Assembly: GCA_030390025.1 (NCBI GenBank)
Contig: CM059432.1
Location: forward strand, 124,684,001 to 124,748,000
DNA length: 64,000 bases
Reading direction: 5' to 3'
From: Squalus acanthias
Taxonomy: Eukaryota
Part shown: piece after piece, positions 24,591 to 35,969 of the stretch
Layout of the letters: every line of letters begins with the position of its first letter
How positions within the stretch are numbered: the stretch's first letter is position 1
The notes under the pieces: model-generated
The model's database searches: none
The model's input: only the letters and a program-made list of their open reading frames with translations
Told to the model about the DNA's origin: nothing
Position numbers and translations under genes: made by a program

Positions 24591-25627
24591 GGGTTGGAAG
24601 CTCAGCCTGACAGTGAGCAAGATGCCAGAATTGTTAACAGTCTGGTTCAGTCTGAGGCCAGTGAAAGGGATGGAGTCAGTGGTGAGGGTACGAAGTTTGT
24701 TCCCGAGGCCAAAAATGATCACTTCAGTCTTCCCAATATTGAGCTAGAGAAAGTTAAGCCTGATCCAGATGATTGACAAGCAGTTTAACAACACAGAGGC
24801 AGTCGAGAGATTGAGAAAAGTGGTGGAATGTCATTGATGTGCATGTGGAAGCTGACTCTATGCCTGCAGATGTTGTCACCAAGGGGCAGGATAAGGATGA
24901 GGAAGGCGAACAGCCATGTGTAGATCTTCAGGGGTCTCTGGAGGTGATGGTGTGGGGGTTGGAAGAGAAGCTGGAGATGCTTTAGCTATGTTTAGATAGG
25001 AGTGGAACCAAACAACCGCAGACCCAACAAGCTGGACTGCAGAGGAGAGGTATTGGTGGGGAATGGCGTGGTTAAACACTGTGGAGAGGTCGAGCAAGAC
25101 AAGGAGAGATAATGCACTATAGTCACAGATAATGTCATTTGTGACCTTGGCTAGAACTGTTTCGGTGCCATGAGAAGCTGGACAGGAGGGATTCAAATGG
25201 AGAGTTATGGGAGAGATGGGCATGGATCTGGGAGATGAATGGCACATTGTAGGGCCTTAGAAAGGAAAATGACTTTGAAGATGGGTCAGTAGTTGATGAA
25301 GACGGAAGGGCTATTCATGATGTCACCTAGCATAAGGGCCAGGAAGGGGATTTGAATCATCAGGAATTGAATCACCTGGAGCTGGATGTGAAGGGCTTCA
25401 AGGGAGTATCAGGTAGGCTTAATGGATGAGGTGGCCTGAAGAGTGCAGGAGGGAAGATGTGGGAAAAGCTGCAGAGACACAGTGGTTCATAGGTAGAATG
25501 GGTGGAGGAGTGGGGCAAAGCTATGGGGAGAAACTACACGAATGACCTCAATCTTGGTGACAAAGAAATCTATGAGCTCCTTGCACTTGATGTTTTTGAT
25601 GAGGGTGGTCGGAGTTTAAGGATGACC

Positions 25628-26972
25628 TGTAAAATTCGCAATTATCGCGATTCGAAATAACGAGATAAAGCAGATTCATTTCATCAGTTTTATTTCAACG
25701 AAATGCTGTCATGATTAAACAGGACACAGAAGCCTGTAAAATGGCCACCGAGCATCGTGGCAGAAGCTTCCAGAATACAGTGGGCAGACAAGATGGCGTT
25801 CGAATAAACATTTCAGTAGAAGATTGGTTAATATGCAGCAAACACTGATAAAGACAGGATGCAACCTGTCTGCATTCGACACAATAGCAAAGATATAAGT
25901 GCTGGAATCATTTTCCATGCACAAGTAAGGACCATTGTAATGGGCAATCGAAGGCCCATCCAGACACAGCAATACACATATCAGTATCAGAAGGCCCCAA
26001 ACCCAGTCAGGGAGACTCCTAGCCGGCTCAACAATGGGGAAAACATTAACGGATAGTTGGCCAGTTTAAGGTGCTACCGAAACCCATTAAAGGAAAGAAT
26101 TGCCCCATGCTGGGAGTTTTGTGCACCAGTATTACACAAAGGACAAACATCAAGATTTGAGCGGGAGATAAGGGAACACAGTACTATAACTATAGTGAAC
26201 AAATGTCCATCAAGGGCTTATTCTCTTGATTCGACTCTTGACTCGGGCTGAACTCTTGCTTATTATTCTCTTATCTGGCTGAGGACTGCTGAACTCTTAT
26301 TCGCTTGCCGCTTCATGGACTCGCTTGACTGGTGAGCTTTTGATTGTCTCTCTGGACTTCTACAACCGTGTCCGAGCACTGTCGAGTTCTTCATGACAAC
26401 GGGGAGCCCAGCCTGCTTGCCGGAGCAGCGAAGATAAACAAGTGGGGTACAGAGACCCCTTCCAACACGTGACAGTCAGGTGTCGCAGCGAAACAAGCCG
26501 AGAGCACCGTTTTAAAATTCTCCGAAGTATCACGAGTGGTGAGCATGTTTCCTCGATCCTACAAATCTAGATTAGTGTAGGTATTAATAGGGGAGGGTGG
26601 TTTTATTAAGGATAAATATAATGTGTTCCCCTTTTTACGATGTGCCGTGCGTTCCTCATTACCCTAGACCAAGTTTTATGAATGTATGTATACTTGTACT
26701 GTCATTAATTTGTGCCTATGACATGTACTTCATGATTTTGGACGTTATGCAATAAAGATTTCCATTTCGTACTATTCAACCGGGTCTATTTGAGTTTTCT
26801 CTGCATTACTGCTCTCGCACCTAAGTCCAGTGTTAGAACCGTAAGGGCGAGTGGGTCGAACCACTCACAGGTGCTTATTGCAACAAGGCTGGCCAGAGAC
26901 CAGAGCAAGCAATAGTATTAGGCAACGAAGGCCTAACCCCGCACAAGCACCTACGAACCGTAACCCCATACA
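25628..26972 (+). mobile_element. Solo LTR (1345 bp), ERV or Gypsy type
   Basis: TGTA...TACA termini, 4-bp TSD GACC (25624-25627 and 26973-26976), AATAAA at 26751, no coding remnant, more CpG than its flanks. Confidence 0.8.
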
Positions 26973-27900
26973 GACCCTTGCCCTTAAGGTTGATTCTGGA
27001 ATAGTGAGCCGTTTTGTAAAAGGAGAGCAAACCATGGTAGTGCATGATATGGTCAAGCCAGATTTGGAAATGGATGACAAATCCAGCTGTGCACCAGGTA
27101 CACTAAAGTTTGCATCCTTTAGACTTGAGGGAGCAGAGAAATGGGAGTGGTAGCAGGGGAGCAACAGGGATGGGAGTCATTGATAGCTTTGCTGGGAACA
27201 AGGACATTGATAATAGAGGTGAGGGAGTGATTATGCAAGGCGACAGTTGGCAATTAAGAATACTAATAATCGGTAAGAGTATAATAGGTTATCACTCTGG
27301 ATTGGAAGCAGTCAGGTGCACCTGAGAGCACAAAATCTAGCTCACCATGCCTGTTCTTGCAAACCACATTTTGTGCACTTTATTTATTTTAAGTGATAGT
27401 CAGCATGGCTTTGTCAGGGGGAGATCATGTCTAACCAATTTGATTGAATTTTTCGAGGGGGTGACTAGGTGTGTGGATGAGGGTAGTGCAGTTGATGTAG
27501 TCTACATGGACTTCAGTAAGGCTTTTGACAAAGTCCCACAAGGGAGACTGGTCAAGAAGGTAAGAGCCCATGGGATCCAGGGCAATTTGGCACATTGGAT
27601 CCAAAATTGGCTTAGTGGCAGGAGGCAGAGGGTGATGGTCGAAGGTTGTTTTCGTGACTGGAAGCCTGTGTCCAGTGGTGTACCGCAGGGATCGGTGCTG
27701 GGTCCTTTGCTGTTTGTAGTGTACATTAATGATTTAGATATGAATGTAGGAGGTATGATCAGTAAGTTCGCAGATAACACGAAAATTGGTGGAGTGGTAA
27801 ATAGCGAGGAGGGAAGCCTCAGGCTACAGGACGATATAGATGGGTTGGTTAGATGGGCAGAATAGTGGCAAATGGAATTTAACCCTGAAAAGTGTGATGT

Positions 27901-28141
27901 TGTGGCGGATCGCCACCTAAAACGGGCATAATCCACTCTTCCGTCTGTGGACAAATTTCCAGCACCTTCCCCTTTAAGGCACCTTACCTTTAAGGCAGAA
28001 GGGGGCGGGGCCTCAGGTTTTACCCAGAGAATTCTGGGAGCAGTTTTTCTCAGCCATTTTGTGTGCCATGCAGTGAATAAAAGTTTCTTGTTTTCCACAT
28101 ATGGATTCAGCCTCCATTCGTGTTTCGCGGCAGCCTCAACA
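27901..28141 (+). repeat. 5' LTR (241 bp)
   Basis: TGTGGCGGATC...GCCTCAACA; contains AATAAA. Confidence 0.97.
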
Positions 28142-28142
28142 T

Positions 28143-28156
28143 TGGTGACCCCGACG
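28143..28156 (+). other. Primer binding site, tRNA-Trp
   Basis: TGGTGACCCCGACG, 1 nt after the LTR, complementary to the 3' end of tRNA-Trp. Confidence 0.85.
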
Positions 28157-28181
28157 CTCAGAGCGTATTCCGAGCACTGCA

Positions 28182-31100
28182 ATGGCGGTCACGAACGCAG
28201 TTTCCGTGAAACTGCCGGAGTTTTGGGAAAACCAGCCCGAAGCCTGGTTTCTCCAAGCTGAATCTCGCTTCCGGCTGCGAAATATCACCACAGATGGGAC
28301 GAAGTACGACTATCTCGTCACATCACTCAGTAGCGCCACAGTTTCCAAGGTTTGGACAACGCTGCAGAACCCACCAGAGGAAGGCAAGTACGCACACCTC
28401 AGGACAGCACTCCTTAAAAAATTTACGGCCTCGGCATATCATCGAAACTGCCACCTCCTCGACCTTCCAGGCCTCGGTGATGCCTCACCGTCAGACCTCC
28501 TCTCCTACATGCTCTCCCTCACCGACGAGAGCCCACCCAGATCCCTCTTCCGCACGCTGTTCATCCGCCAGCTCCCTCTCAGCATCCGCCCAGCGATCGT
28601 GGCGTCCGGCCTCACGAACCTGGAAGCCCTGGCCGATGAGGCCGACAAGCTGCTGTCCGCTCACTCCAGCCGCGACGTCACTCCGGACCTGGCAGCCAAT
28701 GCCTGGGCGCGCCCCTCACCATCCAGCACGCGGCCACAAGGGCCTGTCACCAGGCCCACGGGGCCTTCGCGCCCCACTAACCCGGGCCACTGTTACTACC
28801 ACGCACGGTTCGGCGCCAGGGCACAACGGTGCACACCTCCCTGCTCTTTCAAGTCCGCCCCCGTTCCAGCCCCCGCGATGGCCGTGGGCCACGCGGGCTC
28901 CCTGCTGTTCGTCACGGATGACAAAACCGGCCGCCGGTTCCTGTGCGACACTGGGGCTCAGCACAGCATCATCCCGGCCTCCTCCCTCGACATCCAAAAG
29001 GGCGAACGCGGACCGGCGCTGGCTGATGCTAACGGCTCGGAAATCCGGACGTATGGCACCCGGACAGTCACCCTCGACCTCGCTGGTCACCGCTACCGAT
29101 GGGAGTTCATCACTGCCAAGGTGCTCTCCCCCCTCATCGGCGCAGATTTCCTGTGCACCCACGGCCTACTGGTAGACATCCCTCGTCACCGCCTCGTGGA
29201 CATGAACACCATGTCCCCCATCCTGGGCGCCATGGCCCCCCGTCAACCCGCCGACATGGCGTCACAGTGCCACGCCCGGGCCACGGATGACTACTCGGCA
29301 CTCCTGGCCGAATTCCCGGCCCTTACCAATCCGACCTTCTCCACGGAGGCCGCCAAACACGGGGTGGAACACTTCATCCCCACCACAGGCCCCCCAGTGT
29401 ACGCCCACGCCTGCAGGCTGGACCCGGCCAAACTGGAGATCGCGCGGACCGAGTTTACCACCATGGAACAGCTCGGCATCATCCGCCACTCCAACAGTCC
29501 CTGGGCCTCCCCACTCCACATCGCCCCCAAACCAGGCGGAGGTTGGCGCCCCTGCGGGGATTACCGCCGCCTCAATGACGCCACCACCCCTGATCGGTAC
29601 CCCGTGCCGCACATTCAGGACTTCTCGGCTAGACTGGCCGGCCGCTCAGTCTTTTCCAAGGTCGACCTGGTGCGCGGCTACCACCAAGTCCCCGTCCACC
29701 CCGCGGACGTCCCCAAGACGGCCGTAATCACCCCCTTCGGCCTGTTCGAGTTCCTGCGGATGCCCTTCGGCCTCAAAAACGCGGCCCAGGCATTCCAACG
29801 GCTCATGGACTCGGTCCTTCGGGACCTGAAGTTCCTGTTCGTCTACCTGGACGACATCCTGGTAGCCAGTTCCTCCAAGCAGGAACACCTCGAACACCTT
29901 CGCATCCTGTTCGGGCGCCTCAGCGACCACGGGCTCATCCTCAGCCCAGCCAAATGCCAGTTCAGCCTGGACAAGATCGACTTCCTCGGCCACCACATCA
30001 ACCATGCTGGGGCCATTCCCCTGCCCACCAAGGTGCAGGCCGTCCAACAATTTCCCCGCCCCACCACCATCAAAGGCCTCCAGGAGTTCCTCGGGATGGT
30101 GAATTTCTATAACCGCTTCATCCCCAAAGCGGCGTCCCTCATGAGGCCCCTGTATGAAGCCCTCCGGGGCAGGAGCGGCAAGATGGCGGTCGAATGGACG
30201 GCAGACGCGTCCGCCGCCTTCGATTCCACCAAGACCGCGCTCGCCAACGCCACCCTGCTCGCGCACCCACGGCCCAATGCCAGGGTAGCGCTCACCACGG
30301 ACGCCTCCGACCACGCAGTCGGCGCCGTGTATGAGCAGTGGGTCGACGGCGCCTGGCAACCACTTGCCTTCTTCAGCCGCCAACTACGCCCCCCGGAGGT
30401 CAAGTACAGCACCTTCGACCGCGAGCTCCTCGCGCTGTTCCTGGTGGTCTGCCATTTCCGGTTTTTGCTTGAGGGCCACCCCTTCACTGCGTTTGTCGAC
30501 CACAAGCCCCTGACATTCGCAATGGCAAAGACAACCGACCCCTGGTCCGCCAGGCAGCAGCGCCAGCTCGCGGCAGTGTCCGAGTTCACCACGGACATCC
30601 AACACGTCTCCGGCCGAGACAATGTGGTAGCCGACTGCCTCTCGCGCCCCGCCATCCACGCCGCACACCTAGTAGTCGACTACGCTCAACTCGCAGCAGA
30701 CCAGATCACCGACCCGGATCTGCTCTCCGCACCCACCAACCTACCAGGGCTACGCCTGGCCGACGTCGCCTGTGGCCCGACCGCAGTCACGGTCAAGTGC
30801 GACATATCCCTATGTCAACCTCGGCCCGTCGTCCCAGCGTCCTGGCGCCACCGGGTATTCGACATTCTCCACAACCTCTGCCACCCCGGCGCCCGCGCAT
30901 CCATCAAATTGGTAGCCAACCGCTTTGTCTGGCGCGGCCTTCGCAAGGATGTGCGTACTTGGGCCAACTCCTGCCTATCCTGCCAACGGGCCAAGGTACA
31001 GCAACACACGAAAGCACCCCTCGAGGAGTTTACCGTCCCCTCGCGGAGATTCGACCACATCCACGTGGACATCGTCGGGCCCCTGCCGCCGTCGCAAGGC

Positions 31101-31994
31101 CACACGCACTTGCTGACCATCGTTGACCGCACCACACGCTGGCCTGAGGCAATTCCACTGACCTCTACCACCACCGCCGACATCGCCAGAGCCTTCGTCA
31201 GCACCTGGGTCGCACGGTTCGGCGTCCCCTCCGACATGACGTCGGACAGAGGTCCGCAATTTACCTCTGAACTCTGGACCGCCGTCGCACGCAATCTCGG
31301 GGTGACCATCCACCGCACCACAGCGTACCACCCCCAAGCCAACGGACTGTGTGAGCGGTTCCACAGATCCTTGAAGGCATCTCTTCGAGCCAGCCTCCAA
31401 GACGGCGCCTGGACCGACCGACTTCCGTGGGTCCTCCTCGGCCTGCGCACCGCGGTTAAAGAAGACCTCCACGCATCGGCAGCAGAGCTCGTGTACGGTC
31501 AGCCGCTGCGCGTACCCGGCGAGTTCCTGCCCACCGCCACGACACCCTGGTCAGCCGACCAGCAACGCCACGACTTCGCCTCACCGGCGCTGCAGTTCGC
31601 CCCGGTGCCCATTGCCCGACACGGCGAATCCACCTCACACATCCCACTAAGCCTGCACCAGGCACGGTTTGTTTTCGTCCGGCACGACAACCACCGCGGA
31701 CCCCTTTAAGCCCCGTACGACGGGCCCCACAAGGTGCTACAGGCTGGGGACAAGTTTTTCACCCTGCAAGTGGGCGACAGGACCGAAAAAGTGTCGGTGG
31801 ACCGACTCAAGCCAGCACACTCGGAGCCCGGGGAGCAGGTCCCTGTAGCTCGTCCACCTCCACGCGGCCGACCTGCCCTCAAACCGGTTCACCCGGCTGC
31901 TCCACACCCGGCCGTTCCACGTCCACCGGCATCCTACAAGAGCCGCTCCGGCCGGCCCATCAGACCGCCGCACCATCTCGTCCACACCTCCTAA
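28182..31994 (+). pseudogene. Gag-Pol polyprotein, 1175 aa open then one premature TAA (31707-31709) before the GPY/F module
   Basis: CYYHARFGARAQRCTPPC (C-X2-H-X9-C-X3-C), LCDTGA protease, YLDD RT, TDAS RNase H, HHCC and DDE integrase. The frame continues APYDGPHKV..VSVDRLKP to 31994. Confidence 0.95.
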
Positions 31995-32002
31995 GCGGAT
32001 TC

Positions 32003-32014
32003 TGGGGGGAGCTG
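32003..32014 (+). other. Polypurine tract
   Basis: TGGGGGGAGCTG immediately before the 3' LTR. Confidence 0.75.
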
Positions 32015-32277
32015 TGTGGCGGATCGCCACCTAAAACGGGCATAATCCACTCTTCCGTCTTTGGACAAATTTCCAGTACCTTCCCCTTTAAGGCACCTTA
32101 CCTTTAAGGCAGAAGGGGGCGGGGCCTCAGGTTTTACCCAGAGAATTCTGGGAGTTTTTCCAGAGAATTCTGGGAGCAGTTTTTCTCAGCCATTTTGTGT
32201 GCCATGCAGTGAATAAAAGTTTCTTGTTTTCCACATATGGATTCAGCCTCCATTCGTGTTTCGCGGCAGCCTCAACA
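32015..32277 (+). repeat. 3' LTR (263 bp)
   Basis: Matches the 5' LTR except for 2 substitutions and a 22-bp internal duplication. Confidence 0.97.
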
Positions 32278-34867
32278 ATGTGATGCATTTTGGGAGGACT
32301 AACAAGGCAAGGGAATACACAATGAATGGTAGGACCCTAGGAAGGACAGCGGAACCTTGGTGTGCATGTACATAGATCCCTGAAGGCAGCAGGACAGGTA
32401 GATAAGGTGGTTAAAAAGACATATGGGATACTTGCCTTCATTAACTGAGGCATAGAATATAAGAGCAGGGAGGTTATGTTGGAGCTGTACAAAACGTTAG
32501 TTAGGCCACAGCTGGAATACTGTGTGCAGTTCTGGTCGCCACACTATAGGAAGGATGTGATTGCATTGGAGAGGGTGCAGAGGAGATTCACCAGGATGTT
32601 ACCTGGGCTGCAGCGCTTCAGCTATGAAGAGAGACTGGACAGGCTGGGGTTGTTTTCCTTAGAGCAGAGAAGGCTGAGGGGGGACCTGATTGAGGTGTAC
32701 AAAATTATGAGGGGCATAGATAGGATAGGTAGAAAGGAACTTTTCCCCTTAGTAGAGGGTCAATAACCAGGGGGCATAGTTTCAAGGTAAAGGGCAGGAG
32801 GTTTAGAGGGGATTTGAGGAAAAACTTTTTCACCCAGGGGGTGGTTGGAATCTGGAACTCACTGCCTGAAAGGGTGGTAGAGGCAGGAACCCTCACAACA
32901 TTCAAGAAGCATTTAGATGAGCACTTGAAACGCCATAGCATACAAGGCTACGGACCAAGTGCTGGAAAATGGGATTAGAATAGACAGGGCTTGATGGCCG
33001 GCGCGGACACGATGGGCCGAAGGGCCTCTTTCTGTGCTGTATAACTCTATGACTCTGAGTGTGTAATTATTTTTCATTCCAATAGAAGGAAAAACTTTTT
33101 TGAGAGGTCAAAAGAGCAAAACAGGCCAAAGACTACTATTGGTGATTATAGTGGACAAATGCTTAACACATTCATTTGATATTCCTCTCTCTATACAATA
33201 TTTTAACGGAGGGCATTAAAACATTGATTTTAATTTTACCCTGTGTAAGATTACTTTTCTCTTGTTCAGAATACAAAAGGCTAAGAAATCAAGCAAGTTA
33301 TTTTCTAAATTTAATTTGACATACAATGTGACAGGTTGTGCCAGAAAGTAGTAACTTTTCATACAACCTTTTTCTTTCTAGCCAGACAACTCAAGACAAA
33401 GAATCTGATCAATTATTTTACAAAGGTTCTTTTCCTGCAGCGTCTTGTCCTGATGTCGTCCGTGGTTCTCCTAAAAACCCATGTCGAATGAGCTGTTTTA
33501 CATAGGTTTCCTTTCCAAAATGCTCTGGTTAATTATCAAACATCAAAGAATCTCTTAACAGTTTGCAGGCCTTGCTTCCTTATCTCTGCAATTGTCCGCA
33601 ATGTTTCTTCTTATCAGCTACTTCAGGTATAATCTTACAAAGGCTCCATTTTGTCTGGCTAACACATATGTTTCACTCTCACAGCATCCTGATGAAGGGC
33701 TGTTTCCGGGCTGTTAACATTTGTGAAGTTGTTGGTGTATTGTTGCTAGCTTTCTAGGTTGGCATGCATGACTGAGCAACCCCTCCCCCTCACCCCATGC
33801 CACCACCGTTACCACACTTTGAAACTCTCTTCTAAAACCTCTTTTCTTGCTATCTCTTCTCCCACTTTCAAAAGCTGCCTCAAGATTTACTGTTTTGACA
33901 CAGCTGTTAATCACTTCCCCCTAAGTCCTCTCCTACTTCCTAGTGCAGCATCTTGGAACATTTATTACGTGAAAAGTGATATTTAAATTTGTTGTTCGAT
34001 TTAGAGGGTAGTATTTTGCAGGGGCAAAACTTAGGAGTGGTAGGGCTTGAGCAGGGCAGGGGATATGAATGAGGAAAGAGGTGAGGAAGTGATCGTGATG
34101 GGCTTGTTGGGGAACTAAACCTGCTGACAGTCATTTTAGCCCATATATCAGCTTGTCAGCATTTTGTCAAAATATCAGCTTTTCTTCACTGGAATAGGAG
34201 ATTGCTAGCAGCAGATTGGTTGGATGGTGGGACTGAAAGCTGTTAGAAGCAATCAATCGAATGTTACTCTTTCCCACTACTCGTGGCACGTGAACTTGAG
34301 AGAGAAATGTTTTCAGATGAGTTAATGGTTTCTGAAAATTCCAATTACAGGTGTGTTTCTTTGCTGTTTTTCCTGTCCCCAAAGAAGTTATATATAAGTA
34401 GACTGTTAAAACGCAGCTTTAAAAAAGAATAACATTTTCTCAAGGGAACTTTCTAGAGCATGCCCAACCGTTCTCTTTTGTGAAGGTTTATCTTCACGAC
34501 TAGTTTCAGACACCTTTTTAACATAAGGAAGTTGTTCCTGTTGTGAATACATTAACCGGCTTTATTTGAGTATGAATTGTCAAGCAAATAAAATAGAGAG
34601 TTAGGTTGGAGTGGTGGTGAGTTTTATTTTATTTTTAAAATTACACTGAGATTCCCATATTTACCAATCTACTTCAACTGCGTTGTGTGATGTGGACCAT
34701 TAGTCTGTAAGTTAGTTGTAGCGCTTGGTTATGTTATGTACCTTTGAAAGCAGTTTGCGGGCAATTTGTTTATGCGCTTGTGGTGGAGATCCCTTAGTTA
34801 CCATACAGGAACATAGGAATGGGAGTAGGCGATTCAGCCCCTCAAGCCTATTCTTCCATTTAATTAG

Positions 34868-35969
34868 TGAGAAGTCGCACAACACCAGGTTATAGTCCAA
34901 CAGTTTTATTTGAAATCACAAGCTTTCGGAGCTGCTGCTCCTTCGTCAGGTGAAGTGAAGGAATACGAATCGGCAAAGCATATATCGACAGAGAACAATG
35001 CCTGTGCAGCGTACAATGTCAGACGCCTACAGTTAATCTTTCTGACTGCCTTTTATCACACCTCGGCAGAGAAACAATCAGGTCAGCCAGGAAGGCACCA
35101 CATCAAAGACATAGCAAGATACAACTGAGACAATGAGGTGGGGTCACAGGGGGTCTAATGTGGCAGATGCAGTCTGTATGGAAAACCATAAACTTTAAAC
35201 TTTTTACTTTTTTTTTTACTGGAAATCACATCTGTGAACAAGCCAACGACGACTCGAGTCTGGATGACTCTACGTCATGTAGCGTGACAGGAACCCAAGA
35301 TCCCGGTTGAGGCCGTCCTCATGGGTGCGGAACTTGGCTAACAGTTTCTGCTCGATGATTTTACGTTGTTGTGTGTCTCGAACGCTTACCCGCAGATCCG
35401 AGGCTGAATGTCCTTGACTGCTGAAGTGTTCCCCGACTGGGAGGTAACAATCCTGCCTGGCGATTGTTGCGCGGTGTCCGTTCATACGTTGTCTCAGTGT
35501 CTGCATGGTCTTGCCGATGTACCATGCTCCGGTGCATCCTTTCCTGCAACGTATGAGGTAGACAATGTTGGCCGAGTCACATGAGTATGTACCATGTACC
35601 TGGTGGGTAGTATCCTCACGTGTGATGATGGTATCTGTGTTGATGATCTGGCATGTCTTGCAGAGGTTGCCGTGGCAGGGTTGTGTGGTGTCGTGGTCGC
35701 TGTTCTCCTGAAAGCTGGGTAATTTGCTGTGAACGATGGTACTTTTGAGGTTAGGTGGCTGTTTGAAGGCGAGTAGTGGAGGCGTGGGGATGGCCTTAGC
35801 GAGGTGTTCGTCGTCATCGATGACATGTTGAAGGCTGCGAAGAACATGGCGTAGTTTCTCCGCTCCGGGGAAGTACTGGACGACGTAGGGTACCCTGTTG
35901 GTTGTGTCCCGTGTTCGCCTTCTGAGGAGGTCTATGCGATTTTTCGCCGTGGCCCGTCGGAACTGTCGA
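34868..35969 (-). mobile_element. Penelope-like element, 5'-truncated (GIY-YIG end plus pLTR)
   Basis: YIGKTMQTLRQRMNGHR..PVGEHFS..GLNRDLG; 12-bp TSD CCATTTAATTAG at 34856-34867 and 35970-35981. Confidence 0.9.
34916..34953 (-). ncRNA. Minimal type I hammerhead ribozyme motif
   Basis: Minus strand TCAC-CTGACGA-A-GGAGC AGCA GCTCC-GAAA-GCTT-GTGA. Confidence 0.75.

Larger units (their letters stand above)
24380..27340 (-). mobile_element. Old L2 LINE remnant interrupted by a CR1 stub and a solo LTR
   Basis: HGTETVLAKVTNDII..LLVLLDLST..WFHSYL is a typical L2 RT segment. Similar purine-rich sequence resumes after 26976. Confidence 0.75.
27901..32277 (+). mobile_element. Full-length Ty3/Gypsy LTR retrotransposon, CsRn1-like lineage (4377 bp)
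   Basis: Two TG..CA LTRs, TSD ATGT (27897-27900 and 32278-32281), tRNA-Trp PBS, PPT, single gag-pol frame in PR-RT-RH-IN order. Confidence 0.97.
27390..33056 (+). mobile_element. CR1 (HER1-like) LINE split by the Gypsy insertion
   Basis: RT motifs at 27390-27900 resume at 32282 (KC DV MHFG across the junction). Tail GATGGGCCGAAGGGCCTCTTTCTGTGCTGTATAACTCTATGACTCT. Confidence 0.92.

Noticed and set aside
27502..28261. 226-aa and 104-aa ORFs spanning the CR1/LTR junction
   Set aside because: Antisense CR1 plus LTR sequence; no evidence of a gene.
28294..31690. Many long overlapping ORFs in other frames and on the minus strand of the Gypsy element
   Set aside because: Expected shadow ORFs of a very GC-rich coding region; no motifs and no env-like features.
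34198..34350. Exon-like frame ending RELEREMFSDELMVSENSNYR, faintly reminiscent of a CD226 tail
   Set aside because: In-frame TAG, weak splice signals, and similarity too short to trust.
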